DNA from: Eledone cirrhosa | Lineage: Eukaryota | Assembly (NCBI GenBank): GCA_964016885.1 | Contig: OZ024743.1 | Location: forward strand, 301,320,001-301,384,000 | Length of the DNA: 64,000 bases | Reading direction: 5' to 3' | Shown here: positions 12,801-25,757 of the stretch, in pieces | How positions within the stretch are numbered: the first letter of the stretch is position 1 | Layout: each line of letters starts with the position of its first letter | Notes under the pieces: model-generated | The model's database searches: none | Seen by the model: only the letters and a program-made list of their open reading frames with translations | Told to the model about the DNA's origin: nothing | Made by a program: the position numbers and the translations under genes

Positions 12801-13492
12801 GTGGTTGAAGCACCATATCTACAAGGAGGAGGCTAGCCCACTGTGCAGGATATGTGGAGAGAGAGAGGAGACTGTGGCTCACATTGTGTCCGAGTGTAAA
12901 CACCTAGCCCTGACACACTATAAGGGCTGGAGACACGATGTGATGGGCAGGGTGATCCACTGGCACCTGTGCAAAGTAAACAATCTACCACATTCTGAGA
13001 AATGGTATGAGCATAGGCCAGAGGCGGTGATGGAGAACAATCAGGTGAAGGTGCTGTGGGATTTTAGGATACAGACGGACAAAAAACTGGAACACAATAG
13101 ACCTGACCTGGTGGTTGTGGACAAAGAAAAAAGATCGTGCCTGATTGTGGATGTGGCCTGCCCGTTCGACACGAGAGTGCAAGAGAAGGAGAGGGAGAAA
13201 ATTAACCGATACCAGGACCTAAAGTGGGAGGTGAAAAGGATTTGGAACTGCCATGAAGTCAAAGTGATCCCGATTGTCATAGGCGCACTGGGGACTATCT
13301 CCAAAAGTTTCCAGGGATGGTTAAAGAAAATCGGCCCCTTCACGCTTTTTGGAACGCTTCAAAAGGCATGCTTGCTGGGAACAGCAAGAACCCTCCGATA
13401 CGTCCTGAATATCTGAGGCTGCAGGTAGTGGCTTGATATTCAATCCAACGGACTTTCCAGTTAACCAACATCAATGACTGAGATTCAAGGAA
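9840..13492 (+). mobile_element. Dong family A, full-length R4/Dong-clade element
   Basis: Structured 5' UTR, single ORF, short 3' UTR, (TAA)n tail at 13492-13578. Confidence 0.95.
10024..13416 (+). pseudogene. Dong A ORF (~1130 codons: Myb-like N-terminus, RT, CCHC, RLE endonuclease) with one nonsense codon at 11824-11826
   Basis: The 600 aa and 528 aa ORFs are in the same frame; motifs WKSPGPDG, NYRPITCL, IDYRKAFD, QGDSLSP, FMDD, CRIC..H..C, RHD, RPD..D..K; the paralog reads GGA where this copy reads TGA. Confidence 0.95.
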
Positions 13493-13502
13493 TAACAATA
13501 AC

Positions 13503-13578
<76 letters not shown>

Positions 13579-13579
<1 letters not shown>

Positions 13580-14694
13580 GGGAATCACATGATTGGATGA
13601 TCAAACTCGTTTTGAAAAACGAAAGCATCAACAGATCATATTCCATTACAAAAGTTGCACACAGATACAGTAATGGACTACAAATTTCAGAAGTCCCATT
13701 TACTGTTGAAATGGAAAACACAGAAAAACAAAGCAGGTAAAAGTAACTGCAAAGAAAGAGCTGCTACAGAAACTGGCTAAGAAATGGCAAGAAAAGCCTC
13801 TGTACGGAAAATACACAGAGCGAGCTAACAATCCAGATGTTGACAAAACTTTAACCCATCAGTGGTTGGCATCCTCTGGACTGAAATCGGAGACTGAAGG
13901 ACTGATTATATCGGCACAATATCAGTGTCTGCCAACAACAAATTACCAAGCCAACATAATAAAAAATGGATGCAGCCCATTATGCAGTGTATGCAAAATA
14001 CAACCAGAGACCATTGACCATATAATTTCAATGTGCAGTCCTATAGCTCCAACCGAATACTTAAACAGGCATGACAGAGCTGCACAATACATACATTGGA
14101 TAATGTGTAAACATTTTGACCTGCCCCACCAAAAGAATTGGTGGGAGCATCAACCACCTCCCATACTTGAAAAAGATCACATCTCAATCCTGTGGAACTT
14201 TAGCATCCAAGCAGACCGAAAAATAGATGCAAATAGACCTGATATTATATTGAAGGACTTTAAAAAGAGGGTATGCCTGCTAATTGATATGTCTGTTCCA
14301 ATAGACAAGAATGTATCTATAAAAACATTTGAAAAATTGAGTAAGTATAAGGACCTGGAGATAGAAATTGGAAAAATGTGGAAATTGAGAACTAAAACAA
14401 TACCAGTGGTTGTAAGCGCTCTGGGAATGATACCTAAGGGGTCTATTGATTAGTTATCGCAAATCCCAGGAAACCCGCGTATAGGAGAAATACAAAAGAT
14501 AGTACTAATGGGAACTGCCCATATACTAAGGAAGATTCTGTCAACATAGGTACATCACAAGTCTAAACACTAAAGATGCATGTGTGAGTATGTATGTTCT
14601 TTCTTGAACATGGCGGACCTTGTTGTCTCTTGAGGTCACTGGTTGTGACTTTGTGATAACTCGTATGAACATAAAGCAAGATAAATGCAACTGT
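13579..14694 (+). mobile_element. Dong family B, 5'-truncated copy
   Basis: CCHC, RHD, RPDIILKD; family B 3' UTR; (TAA)n flanks. Confidence 0.92.
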
Positions 14695-14725
14695 AATAAT
14701 AATAATAATAATAATATTAATAATA

Positions 14726-15843
14726 AGGGAATCACATGATTGGATGATCAAACTCGTTTTGAAACACGAAAGCATCAAAAGATCATATTCCATTACAAAA
14801 GATGCACAAAGATACAGTAATGGACTACAAATTTCAGAAGTCCCATTTACTGCTGAAATGGAAAACACAGAAAAAGCAAGCAGGTAAAAGTAACTGCAAA
14901 AAAAGAACTGCTACAGAAACTGGCTAAGAAATCTCATGAAAAGCCTCTGTATGGAAAATACCCAGAGCGAGCTAACAATCCTGATGTTGACAACACTTTA
15001 ACCCATCAGTGCGTTGCATCCTCTGGACTGAAATCGGAGACTGAAGGACTGATTATATCAGCACAAGATCAGTGTCTGCCAACAAAAAATTACCAAGCCA
15101 ACATAATAAAAAAGGATGCAGCCCATTATGCCGTGTATGCAAAAAACAACCAGAGACCATTGACCATATAGTTTCAATGTGCAGTCCTATAGCTCCAACC
15201 GAATACGTAAACAGGCATGACAGGGCTGCACAATACATACATTGGATAATGTGTAAGCATTTTGACCTGCCCCATCAAAAGAATTGGTGGGAGCATCAAC
15301 CACCTCCCATACTTGAAAAAGATCACATATCAATCTTGTGGAACTTTAGCATCCAAACAGACCGAAAAATAGATGCAAATTGACCTGATATAATATTGAA
15401 AGACTTTCAAAAGAGGGTATGCCTGCTAATTGATATGTCTGTTCCAATAGACAAGAATGTATCTATAAAATCATTTGAAAAATTGAGCAAGTATAAGGAC
15501 CTGGAGATAGAAATTGGAAAAAATGTGGATATTGAGAACTAAAACAATACCAGTGGTTGTAGGCGCTCTGGGAATGATACCTAAGGAATCTAATGATTAC
15601 TTATCGCAAGTCCCAGGAAACCCGCGTATAGGAGAAATACAAAAGATAGTACTAATGGGAACTGCCCATATACTAAGGAAGATTCTGTCAATATAAGTAC
15701 ATCACAAGTCTAAACACCTAAAGATGCATGTGTGAGTATGTATGTTCTTTCTTGAACATGGCGGACCTTGTTGTCTCTTGATGTCACTGGTTGTGACTTG
15801 GTGATAACTCGTATGAACATAAAGCAAGATAAATGCAACTGTA
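14726..15843 (+). mobile_element. Dong family B, 5'-truncated copy with the same breakpoint as 13579
   Basis: Starts AAGGGAATCACATGATTGG like 13579; (TAA)n flanks. Confidence 0.92.
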
Positions 15844-15869
15844 ATAATAATAATAATAATAATAATAAT

Positions 15870-16245
15870 TTTGCTTTCTTTATTAACCACAACGGTTTAC
15901 ATAAAGTAGATATTAAAGACAGTACAGGACAATACAGGACGGTACAAAATGGGCATGTCAGCGTTAAAAAACAAAAAAACAGGGGATGTAACATAAAAAT
16001 AACAACGAAAAATTCCCCGATAGGGGGGAGACTTCCGAGGGACATTTGTGGAAAAAGCCCATTAAAAGGCCACAGTGACCCAAACCACCAGGGCAAGTGC
16101 CCTCTCCCAGTTTTCCACTTTTAATTTACAGACACATACTCAGAGTAGGCCCATTCACTCGGGCCATACTTGCTTCTCTCACCCATCTTTAAACAAAATG
16201 CAGGGAAGAGAGCACTTCCTTCTCTAGCCTGATTTTCCTTTTCAA
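15870..16245 (-). mobile_element. Tx1/L1-type family 1, 3' fragment
   Basis: Homologous to 18579-18945; 3' end GTGGTTAATAAAGAAAGC followed by (ATT)n. Confidence 0.85.
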
Positions 16246-16315
16246 ATAATAATAAGTAAAGTAATAAGTAAAAGTAAAATAATAAGTAAATAAAATACTA
16301 ATAATAATAATAATA

Positions 16316-17050
16316 AGGAAAGTTTTAGCACCAGTAGAATACAAATATAGACATGACAGAGTTGGCCAATATCTACACTGTGTGATATGTCGGCATTACA
16401 AAATCAAACCTGATGACAAGTGGTAGAACCATCACTCTGACGCTGTAACTGAAGAAGAAAAAGTAACAATTCTCTAGGACTTTCTCGTTCATACTGACTG
16501 GACCATAAAAGCAAATAGACATGACATCATTATAAAAGATCAACATATCAAGGTTTGTTTGTTGATAGATATAAGCATCCCATGTGATCACAATATCGCG
16601 GCAAAAGAATTTGACAAGCTACGAAAATATAAATATCTGCTTATTGAAATTGAGAAAATGTGGCACCTCAAGGCCGTTACAATACCAGTGATTGTGGGAG
16701 GACTGGGAATGATGGAGAAAGGAACAGAACAATATTTGCGAAGGAAGCCTGGCTTACCCTCTCATACGAGGTGCAACAAATAGTTTTGACTGGTACTGCA
16801 CACATTTTGAGAAGAGCGCTATCTCTGTAAGATTGATATCCTTCGCTTTAATTAAATATGCATATGCACATGTGTATACTTTTTTTTTTATATATGTATA
16901 CTGTTTTTTTTATTATTATTATAATCAATGCGCTGTATTAATTGGCTTACCAATGCACACCGTGTATTTATTTGCCCTAGGTGTCAGCAAGACACTCGGC
17001 ATATATCTCAGAAACAATAATGAAAGAAAATAAAAATGATAATAATAATT
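16316..17050 (+). mobile_element. Dong family C, old 3' fragment
   Basis: EYKYRHDRVGQYLH, LIDISIPCD..KEFDKLRKY, TIPVIVGGLG; distinct 3' UTR ending in TAA repeats. Confidence 0.85.
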
Positions 17051-17059
17051 ATGATAAAT

Positions 17060-17270
17060 TGGTAGCAGAAACCTCTGCATGGCAAATATGTGGCCCGTAG
17101 CAAACAAGCACACCCATCAGTGGCTACGTGGTTCAGGGCTAAAGGCGGAGAGTGAAGGCTTCATCTTAGTTGCCCAAGATCAAAGCTTATTAACTCGTAA
17201 TTACCAGGCCAATGTGATGAGAAACGGAATAAAACCAAAGTGCCGATTCTGCAATGCTTGGTTTGAATAA
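17060..17270 (+). mobile_element. Dong-type internal fragment
   Basis: THQWLRGSGLKAESEGFILVAQDQSLLTRNY..KCRFC. Confidence 0.8.
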
Positions 17271-17292
17271 ATTAAAGTACCAATAATGCACT

Positions 17293-17585
17293 GGTTTCTA
17301 CATCTGGCACAAGGCCAGCAATTACCCATTGCATTACTGATACTTTATTTTATCGACCACTTAAGGATGAAAGGCAAAGTTAACATCGGCGGGATTTGAA
17401 CTCAGAATGGCAAGGAACGTAACTCTATGCGTCAATGCATGGCGTGTGACCCTCTACTGATACTGCCAATCCACGGCCTAATATAATAATTGTTTCTATT
17501 TTAGACACAAGGCCAGCACATACCCAGTACATTACTGGTACTTTATTTTATCGACCTCGTAAGGATGAAAGGCAAAGTTAACCTC
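17293..17585 (-). mobile_element. Two SINE copies (full 17293-17478, partial 17489-17585)
   Basis: Match 757-945. Confidence 0.85.
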
Positions 17586-17617
17586 AAATGAACAATGATA
17601 ATAATAATAATAATAAT

Positions 17618-18525
17618 CAGTTCTTTATTAACCACAAGGGTTTACAAAAAGTAAGACATTAAGGACAGTACAGGACAATACAGGACGGTATAAATGGTCA
17701 TTTCTGCGTGTAAAAAAATCCCCCCAAAACAGAGGATGTAACAAAAAAGGAACAATGAAAAAAAATTTCCCAATAGGGGAGAGAGGTCCGAGAGCCATCG
17801 TGGAGAAATCCCATTAATAAAATCCACAGTGACCCTGACCACCAGGACAAGTGCCCTCTCCCAGTTTTCCAACTTCAATTTACATGCACATACTTAGAGT
17901 AGGCCCATTCACTCGGGTCATTCTTGCCTCTCTCACCCATCTTTCAACACAATGCTGCGAAGAGAGCACTTCCCTCTCTACCCTGATTTTCCTTTTCAAA
18001 TAAAATTCGAAAAGAATTAATCAGACGCGTCCACCATACTATATCTTTCGCCATGGCCACCAGACAGATAGCAACTGCCTGCCCTTCCCGGCTAAAGGAA
18101 AAGGGCGAAGCAAACTTCACGATGGCCTAAGCTGATAGCGGGATCCGTTCTACACGCGGCAGCATGTGTTCGACATAAACCCACAAATCAGCAATGCTCG
18201 GAAACTAGAAGAGTGTGCGCAGGACGGTTTCGTCACACTGCGCGCATCTCGGACATGCCCGGCTGACGGCACTTACATGACTGTAGAGTTTATCCCGAAC
18301 TCGCAAAGCTCCTCGGTAGCAGTGCCAGGCCAGGGATTTCTGGAAATTGTCCATAGGCCCCGGCCCGGTAGTTCTTCCGAAGAGATTGGCTAGTTGATTT
18401 TCTTCGACGCCTAGACTTTCCCCTAGTAAGTCGTCGCTCTTCCCCTCCACTAATCCTCTATTGAACGACAAGGTGGAGTTTCCACCGATCACAATGCCCG
18501 ACTGGTCGAGGGCTGTGAGCGCTTG
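17618..18525 (-). mobile_element. Tx1/L1-type family 1, 5'-truncated copy
   Basis: WHCYRGAL..CPRCAQCDETV C-terminal zinc motif; 3' UTR as at 18579; AAT repeats at both ends. Confidence 0.88.
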
Positions 18526-18538
18526 AATAATAATAAAT

Positions 18539-18578
<40 letters not shown>

Positions 18579-18580
<2 letters not shown>

Positions 18581-21500
18581 CTTTCTTTATTAACCACAAG
18601 GGTTTACATAAAGTAGACATTAAGGACAGTACAGTACAATACAGGCCGGTTCAAATGGGCATTTCTGCGTGTAAAAAAAACAGGATGTAACACAAAATAA
18701 CAATGAAAAATTCCCCAATTGGGGGGAGACTTCCGAGGGACATTTGTGGAGAAAGCCCATTAACAGGCCACAGTGATCCTGACCACCATGGCAAGTGCCC
18801 GCTCCCAGTTTTCCACACTTAATTTAAAAACATATACTCATAGTAGGCCCATTCACTCGGGCCATACTTGCTTCTCTAACCCATCTTCCAACAAAAGCTG
18901 GGAAGAGAGCACTTCCCTCTCTACCCTGATTTTCCTTTTCAGATGAAATTTGAAAAAGTTAATCAGGGCATCACCGAAGCGTTAAATGCTCGTCTTCAAC
19001 CCTTTCAAACGTGCCCACATACTATCTCTTTCGCCATGGCCACCAGACAGATAAAAACTGCCAGCCCTTCCCGGCTGAAGGTAGAGGGCGGGGCAATCCT
19101 CACGGTGGACTCAGCTGATAGATGGATCCGTCCTACACGTGACAGCAGGTGTTCAACATAAACCCACATGTCAGCAATGTTCGGACACTGGACGAGTGCG
19201 TGCAGAACGGTTTCGTCGCCCTGCACGCATCTCGGACAGGCCCGGCCGACGGCACCTCCATGCCTGTAGAGTTTATCTCCAAATGGCAAAGCTCCTCGGT
19301 AGCACTGCCAAGCCAGGTATTTCTGGAAGTTGTCCATAGCCCCGGCCCGAAATTTCTTCCGAAGAGATTGGCTAGTTGATTTTCGTCGACGCCTAGAGTT
19401 TCCCCTAGTAATCGTCGCTCTTCCCCTCCACTAATCCCCTATAGAACGCCAAGGTGGAGTTTCCACCGATCACATTGCCCGATTGGTCGAGGGCTGTGAG
19501 CGCCTGAAGACATTCCAGTCTCCAAGCGCTCCCTCTCGGTCTTCGCTTGACCCAGGGCTCCAGCTCCCTCAAGGAGACGAGCTGGGCAAAGACGCGTCTA
19601 GCAAATGGCGACCACACCTGAGCACCGACGAGGAAGAGGTGGAGATGTCGTAGCCTGAGCGCGTGTCTGCGCATCATCAGCCACGGCATGCCCAGCTCTC
19701 CACGTAGCAACCCTGCTCGTCACATCGTCCCACTTTTTGTCCGTCTGGAGGTCCGGACCGAGCCAGACCCCTAGCAATTAAACCGGTCAATCTGTCCAGC
19801 GCCCGACGACGCTGTTGGACGGCATTGACCTGTCTCTCCAGGTGCCGATCTGCAGGCCCACTGACTTTTCCTGGTTGATCATTGCTTCTGTCACCGCTTC
19901 GTATTCTCTTAGTGTAGTGCCGATCGCCTCGATGTGTTTGGCGTTCGACACCACTACGGTGAGATCGTACGCATATGCTGACACGGATCTTCCGTATCCT
20001 AGTTCGCGCGGGACGCCCCTCAACGTCTCCGGTTTGTGCAGTAATGGCTCCAGAGGCAATACGTACATGAGGGACGAGAGGGGACATCCTTGGCGGACGG
20101 AGCGCATGATGTTGAACGGTTCCGAAAGGTGACCGTTCACTCTCACCACAGAGCAGATGTCGCTGTGCATGGCAGCGATCCAGCCTCTGGAGACAGGCGC
20201 TAAACCAGCCGCCCTAACGATAGGTAACGATGGTCGACCCATTGAAAGCTTTCTACTGATCTAAATTGATCAATGACCCACCCGTGCCATGTTCCCTAGC
20301 TACCCTCTCTACGATGTATCGTATGAGGTGGAGGTTGTCGTGGATGGATCTGTCAGGAATGGCGCATATCTGCGCCTCTCCCACCAGACCTAACGACAAG
20401 CGCCAACCTCTTTTCTAGCACCTTGGCCAAAATCTTGAACTCTGTATTTAGCAGAGTTATAGATCTAAAATTATCTATGTTACCCCCTTTGTTCGGATCC
20501 TTTCTCAGCAGCCCCACAGCTCCTCGGCTCACAGAGCTGGGAATTCTCCTGTTCTGTTGCCAGTTGCAGTAGACGTCCGCCAAGAGGCCTCCGAACAATT
20601 CTGGCATCTGTACGTAAATTTCATAGGGCAGACCAACCAAACCAGGGGATTTACCCCTTGTGCAGCCAGTCATTGCCTCCCGTACTTCAGCGGCTGTTAT
20701 CGGCATTTCGCAACACACAGCCTCAGTGGCCGAGAGCCGTGGCAGTCCGTCGAGGTAGACACTAAAGTCCATCGCTCGATTCGGCCCGCCGCTGCGCCCG
20801 AACACCTGTGCGAAGTGTCGCTGAAAAGCTTCACACATTTACCGGGGATCGAGTAGCATGCGCCCGTCGTGGTCCACCAAATGTCGGATCGTGGCTTTGT
20901 TGCCACGACGCGCCTCCACCACTCGGTCCCATTGAACAGCTTCGTCCCCTCGTGTCTGAGAGCGCGCAACCTAGATCTGACAACGCAGCCTTCATGCTTT
21001 GCATTAAAGAATTGGTCAAGGGCCAATTTCGCCGCAGGTACGTCTGTCGCGATGCCTTTGCTAAGCGCCTCGTCTAATTTCTAACTTGTTCTCCCTCTGC
21101 TCTATTTTTCTCTATTGCTAAAGCCTTACTAAACCTAATGGACTCTATTCTAATCGCTCTTTTCAGAGCAAACCACCACTTGTTGTTGACGATGGCCCCC
21201 GTCAACATCCGCTTAACTAGTTCGCTAATCCGGTCTCTGTATGCCTTGCGCGCCGGTAATGACGCGTTTAGCTTTCAGTAGTGGAGTCCTCGTCTATGAA
21301 GCCTATCTAAGTCAAACACACAGATCACGAATTTGTGGTCCGTGTAGCTGACTATCTTGAATTGTGGACAGCCTATGCTAGAGCTATCTATTTCCCTACA
21401 AAATACTCTATCTAGATATGATCTGGATGACCCTATGCGATTTGTCCAAATCCACATTGGCACATTCGGGAAATCCATATGGTACCTGTCAGACAGTTCA

Positions 21501-24200
21501 AAACGCCTCAGCAGGTTGGTGTGGCTCTTGCATCCTCCACCCCTATCCGCTAATCCCACACAGTCCCAGCCTGCATCTAAGATCCCGTTCCAGTCGCCTA
21601 TTAACACTACAGAGCGGAACGTCCCAAGAAAGGTCTCCAGACGCCGGAAGAAATCAGGCTGCCCTGCCCCTGTCGGGGCATAGAGGGGCACTAGCCTGAA
21701 AGCTTGCCCGTCTCCGCTGGTCACGTCCAGCACGAACAACTTACCTTCTGGGTCCAGGAAGATGGCCGGTATGGCAAGATCCAAACCTCACCGAAAAAGC
21801 ACAGCAACTCCACCCCCCGATCCAGGACGGCTGGGTGATGCGTACACATCGCAGCCGCCGAAGATCGGTGCGAAGGCACGTGCTTCGGACATTCTGGTCT
21901 CGCTGATGGCCACTACATCTATGTTCAGTGACCTGAGGTCGTTGAGCAGCTGGCCCTGCTTCCATGACGACCCCAAGCCACGCGCATTTATGCTGCCTAT
22001 TCTGAATGAGGTCATGTTGAAATGGAGTGGAACAGATGGGAAAGACCACTTACCTTACTTCTCGTAGAGGAAGGATTGTTGCTCCATCCTTTTCACCGCT
22101 TCTGGCCACCTCCTCAAGGATGTCCTTATAAATCCTCCTGGAGAGTGCTTGTCGGAAGTCTCCGATGTCTTTGGGGAATTTTTGTTTTAGTGTCGTGTAC
22201 GTTTTCTGTGTGATGCGAGTGATTTGTATGTGTGGTGGCGGTGTGAACTTTTGGGTTGTTGTGTAGTCTTTTTCTGTGATGCTGGTGTTGTGTAGGATGT
22301 AGTGTAATAATTGGTTGTTGTTCAATTTATTGCTGTGTAGAGGGTATCGATTTGGTTGTTTTGTTATGTTTGCGTTTGTTGTGGGTTTGTTTCTGTTTCG
22401 CTTTTTGGTGACTTTTGTGGCGTTGGTGATGGTGGTGTTGGGGTTAATGATGGTGATAGTGTTGGTGTTTGTGGTGATGTGGTTGGTGATGCTGGTGTGG
22501 ATGGTGGCATAGATGACCTAACTGTTTTGTTTGATAGTTTATTTGTTTCCTTCTGTATTTTGTTTTTCGAGGGGGAAGGAAGTGGATTTTTTCTTTTTTT
22601 TTCTGATACCGTTTCCCCCTCCTCGACGTCACAATCTGTCTCCAGTTGCGAAAGGTCGGGGAGTGGAAAATCCTCCACAGGCGTTGGTTTTGGTTGTGGC
22701 GTGGTGGATGGTGTAGGCGCTGGTGCCAGTTCTGGCCCGTTGGGTTGTGGTGGTGTTGATTTTGCTACTGTTGCTGGGGTTGTTGCTGTTACAGTTGCTT
22801 CTATTTTTGCTGCTACAGTTGTTGCTACCATTTCTGCTACTGGTGGTGTTGATGGTTGAGTCACTGGGGTGGGTAAGAAAGGTGGCCTCAACCTTTTAGC
22901 CTGAGGGCAGAAAACCCTTAGGTGGGTTCCTTCCACACAAACGACACAACTAGGCCTTCTGCCCTCGACGATTACGGTGAGGTGGCTGCCGTCAGTGTGG
23001 ACTATTACCTCTGGTGTCTCCTCAATGCTTTTTTGGTCCGCTTGGATCAGGAGCTCCATCCCAGTTCCGGACCAGTTCTCCTGCTTTCGTTCGGTATTTC
23101 GATTATCTTGGTGTTGGCTTCGATGCCGGCGAGGACGGCAGCCATTAGCCATGGAATTTCGATAGCGGGTGGCACGTGGGTCACCCTGATCTTCACGAGT
23201 CTCTGGCCACAATAGCTTGGGACAAGTGTGAAGTCCTCACTTCTTAATGGGGCCTTGGAATGTTCTCTGGCCTCCTGTGGTGTATCAAAGAATACGTCCA
23301 CGGTTCCATATTTCTGCCCACGTCTGATGTGGGTTTTCTTTTGCCCACACATGTCCCAAAGCCTTTGGGATTTGGGACTCGGATGCCCGTTCCACTCGGC
23401 GCGATTTTATGTTAATCGTCCGATCAGACACGGTGCATAGGCGCCGATGCTCCATTTTATTAGGTGTATGGGGTTGGGGGTTATGGGGCTGAGGCTGACA
23501 CTGCACCCATCTTTCTTTACCATTTTTTAGGCATCTACTAATTCCTCCTAAGTTACCTGGAATGCTTCGCAATTTTTCGCTACTCTGGAAAATACAGGGT
23601 TTTCTTATTCTAACTGTTGCTGTTGTTGTCATCGTTATTTTTGTTATTATTAATTTTAGTTTCAGTTGTGATGGTGGTGGCGTCAGTGGTGTTCTGTGTG
23701 GAAGAGTTCATTTTGGCTGAATTCGTTTCGATATCACGAGATAATTTATTTTTTTCTTTTGTTTCTGTTGTTGCTGTGGTGGTGGTGGGGATGGCTGCTT
23801 CAACACCTGCAGTCATTGGTAATGGCGGGAAATGAATGTTTGCCTGAGACAAACTTAAAATATTGCTACTGCTTATATTTTTAGTGTTGGCAAACGTAGT
23901 AATATTTACAATGGTGGTGTCGGTATGAGGTGTTAGTTTGTGAGGAAGGCTCTCAGCTACTGGGTTCAGCTGCGATTCGGCCATGAATTTTCAAAGAAAT
24001 TATTTTTTTTGTTTGATAATTATAAAAGTTTAAATTTTAGGTTCAAGGCCCCAATCTTTTTGAGTGTCCTTTTCAGAAATCAATCTATGTGCATTTATAT
24101 ACAGTGAACAATAAAAACTTTCCATAAATGGCAATTTTAAACAACTGAAAATAACAAACATTTGCGGAGCTCACGATAATACGATTTACTACGTGCAGGT
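18579..24200 (-). mobile_element. Tx1/L1-type LINE family 1, near full-length, decayed (ORF1 ~23984-22050, ORF2 ~22015-18850)
   Basis: ORF1 has CVVCVEGTHLRVFC gag knuckle and a P/T-rich tail; ORF2 has APE motifs (SINARGL, AISET, YAP, IGDWN, YLDR, TDH), RT motifs (KSPG, VRQGCPLS, YAYD) and CPRC..H...C; 5' boundary uncertain. Confidence 0.9.
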
Positions 24201-25757
24201 TTAAAGTGCAGGTCACTCTCATATCAGTTTTATCGATCAAAATTCGCATGAACGAAAAACGATAAATTGCTAGATTCTCGAATCCCGAGCGCTCATGACT
24301 AATCCCGCAATGCAGCCATACGATGCAGTGATATACAGCACGAAGTAAATCACGAATATAAATTCGTAACTTGAACGCTATAAAGAAGAGTTCACTAATT
24401 AATTTTAAAATGTCTTCTTGATTCCTATAAATAAATGGTGTTCAAAATACATTCCAGGTAATTAAATTCATTCCAGGTAATTTCCAGGTAATAACATCAC
24501 ATTTCCCAGTGTCATGAGTAAACAAAAACGTATCATCATTGAACGTCAAATTGCACAACAATCTTCTATAACAAATCTACTAATCTCTAATTGACAAACG
24601 CGTTCCATCACATAATACCTCAGCAGATCGACTGATGATCCATTGCAGTTATTTAATCAATGGGGAACCCTTCCATGAAATAACTGCAATGTATTACATA
24701 AGGAGGACTACATCATGACGCGTGTATAAACAAATTCGATGGTTAAGGAAGCAGTCATTACATAAAGTTGGAATTCAGGAAATATATCGGGAACAGCTAA
24801 GTTAGCTACAATTCAATTTTAAGGCGATATAATTTCAGGAAATAAAGTGCTGCAACACATCAACTCATCATTGTAACCAGTCTCAATAACGTAACTAATT
24901 TTGTCATCATCTGTTATCGACAATTTGAATAACGCATGTGAAAATAAATATTCCAAATGTAGAATGAATAGTAGCAATTAATAATTATATCATTTAAAAT
25001 TATCTAAAACACAGTTCTGCATGTTGAGATTATATTATTAGCATTGAAATGAAGAATTACACTATATGCCGTAGGTACAGCATATCTCTTCTACCTGGTC
25101 TTCGAGCAGCATAAGGGACAAGAAGTGACAAACCATCCTTTACAAAGTACATATCAATAAGATAAGGTAATCAGTTGACGCCATATATCAGCTCCCTTAG
25201 ATATTTAGTAATCAAACTTGTGGACTGCATTTTAACATGTGTGCAATAGGAAAACAGCTTTGAGATCATGCGTGCAAAATACTGCGGGTGGATAAAACTA
25301 TATATAGGAATTTAAATTCATATTGTTTTCATGTTTAAACAAAAAAAAAAAACTGTTTCATTATGTAAATGCTATCGTAACGAAATTAATTCGAGGACAA
25401 TCACAGATAGTTTATCAATGATGGTCACCATCGCTCCCACTGTGACTGCTATTTCCAGAGGATAAATGACTTGTATGGGAGGATTTATTTCCTAACCTAA
25501 TTTCGTAATATATGGAGCTGGAGCCTTTTCGAAGAAATAGGGTCGTCCCGGTGAAGACTATTTATATGTACCTTCTATCAGTCATCTATTATCGAAAATG
25601 TTTTTTTAAACTAGAAGGGTTAATGCTTGGTTCATTTTCTAAAATAATCAAACAAATATATATGGAAATCTGAACATCTTGGAACATGTACGCTCTGATA
25701 GGTTAAGTGGGTCTGTGTCCATATTTTCTCTCTCGTGTTATTCATTTGTCTCAATTA

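Noticed and set aside
10054-13343. Antisense ORFs repeated in both long Dong A copies
   Set aside because: Short, lack recognisable motifs, and recur only because the copies are nearly identical.
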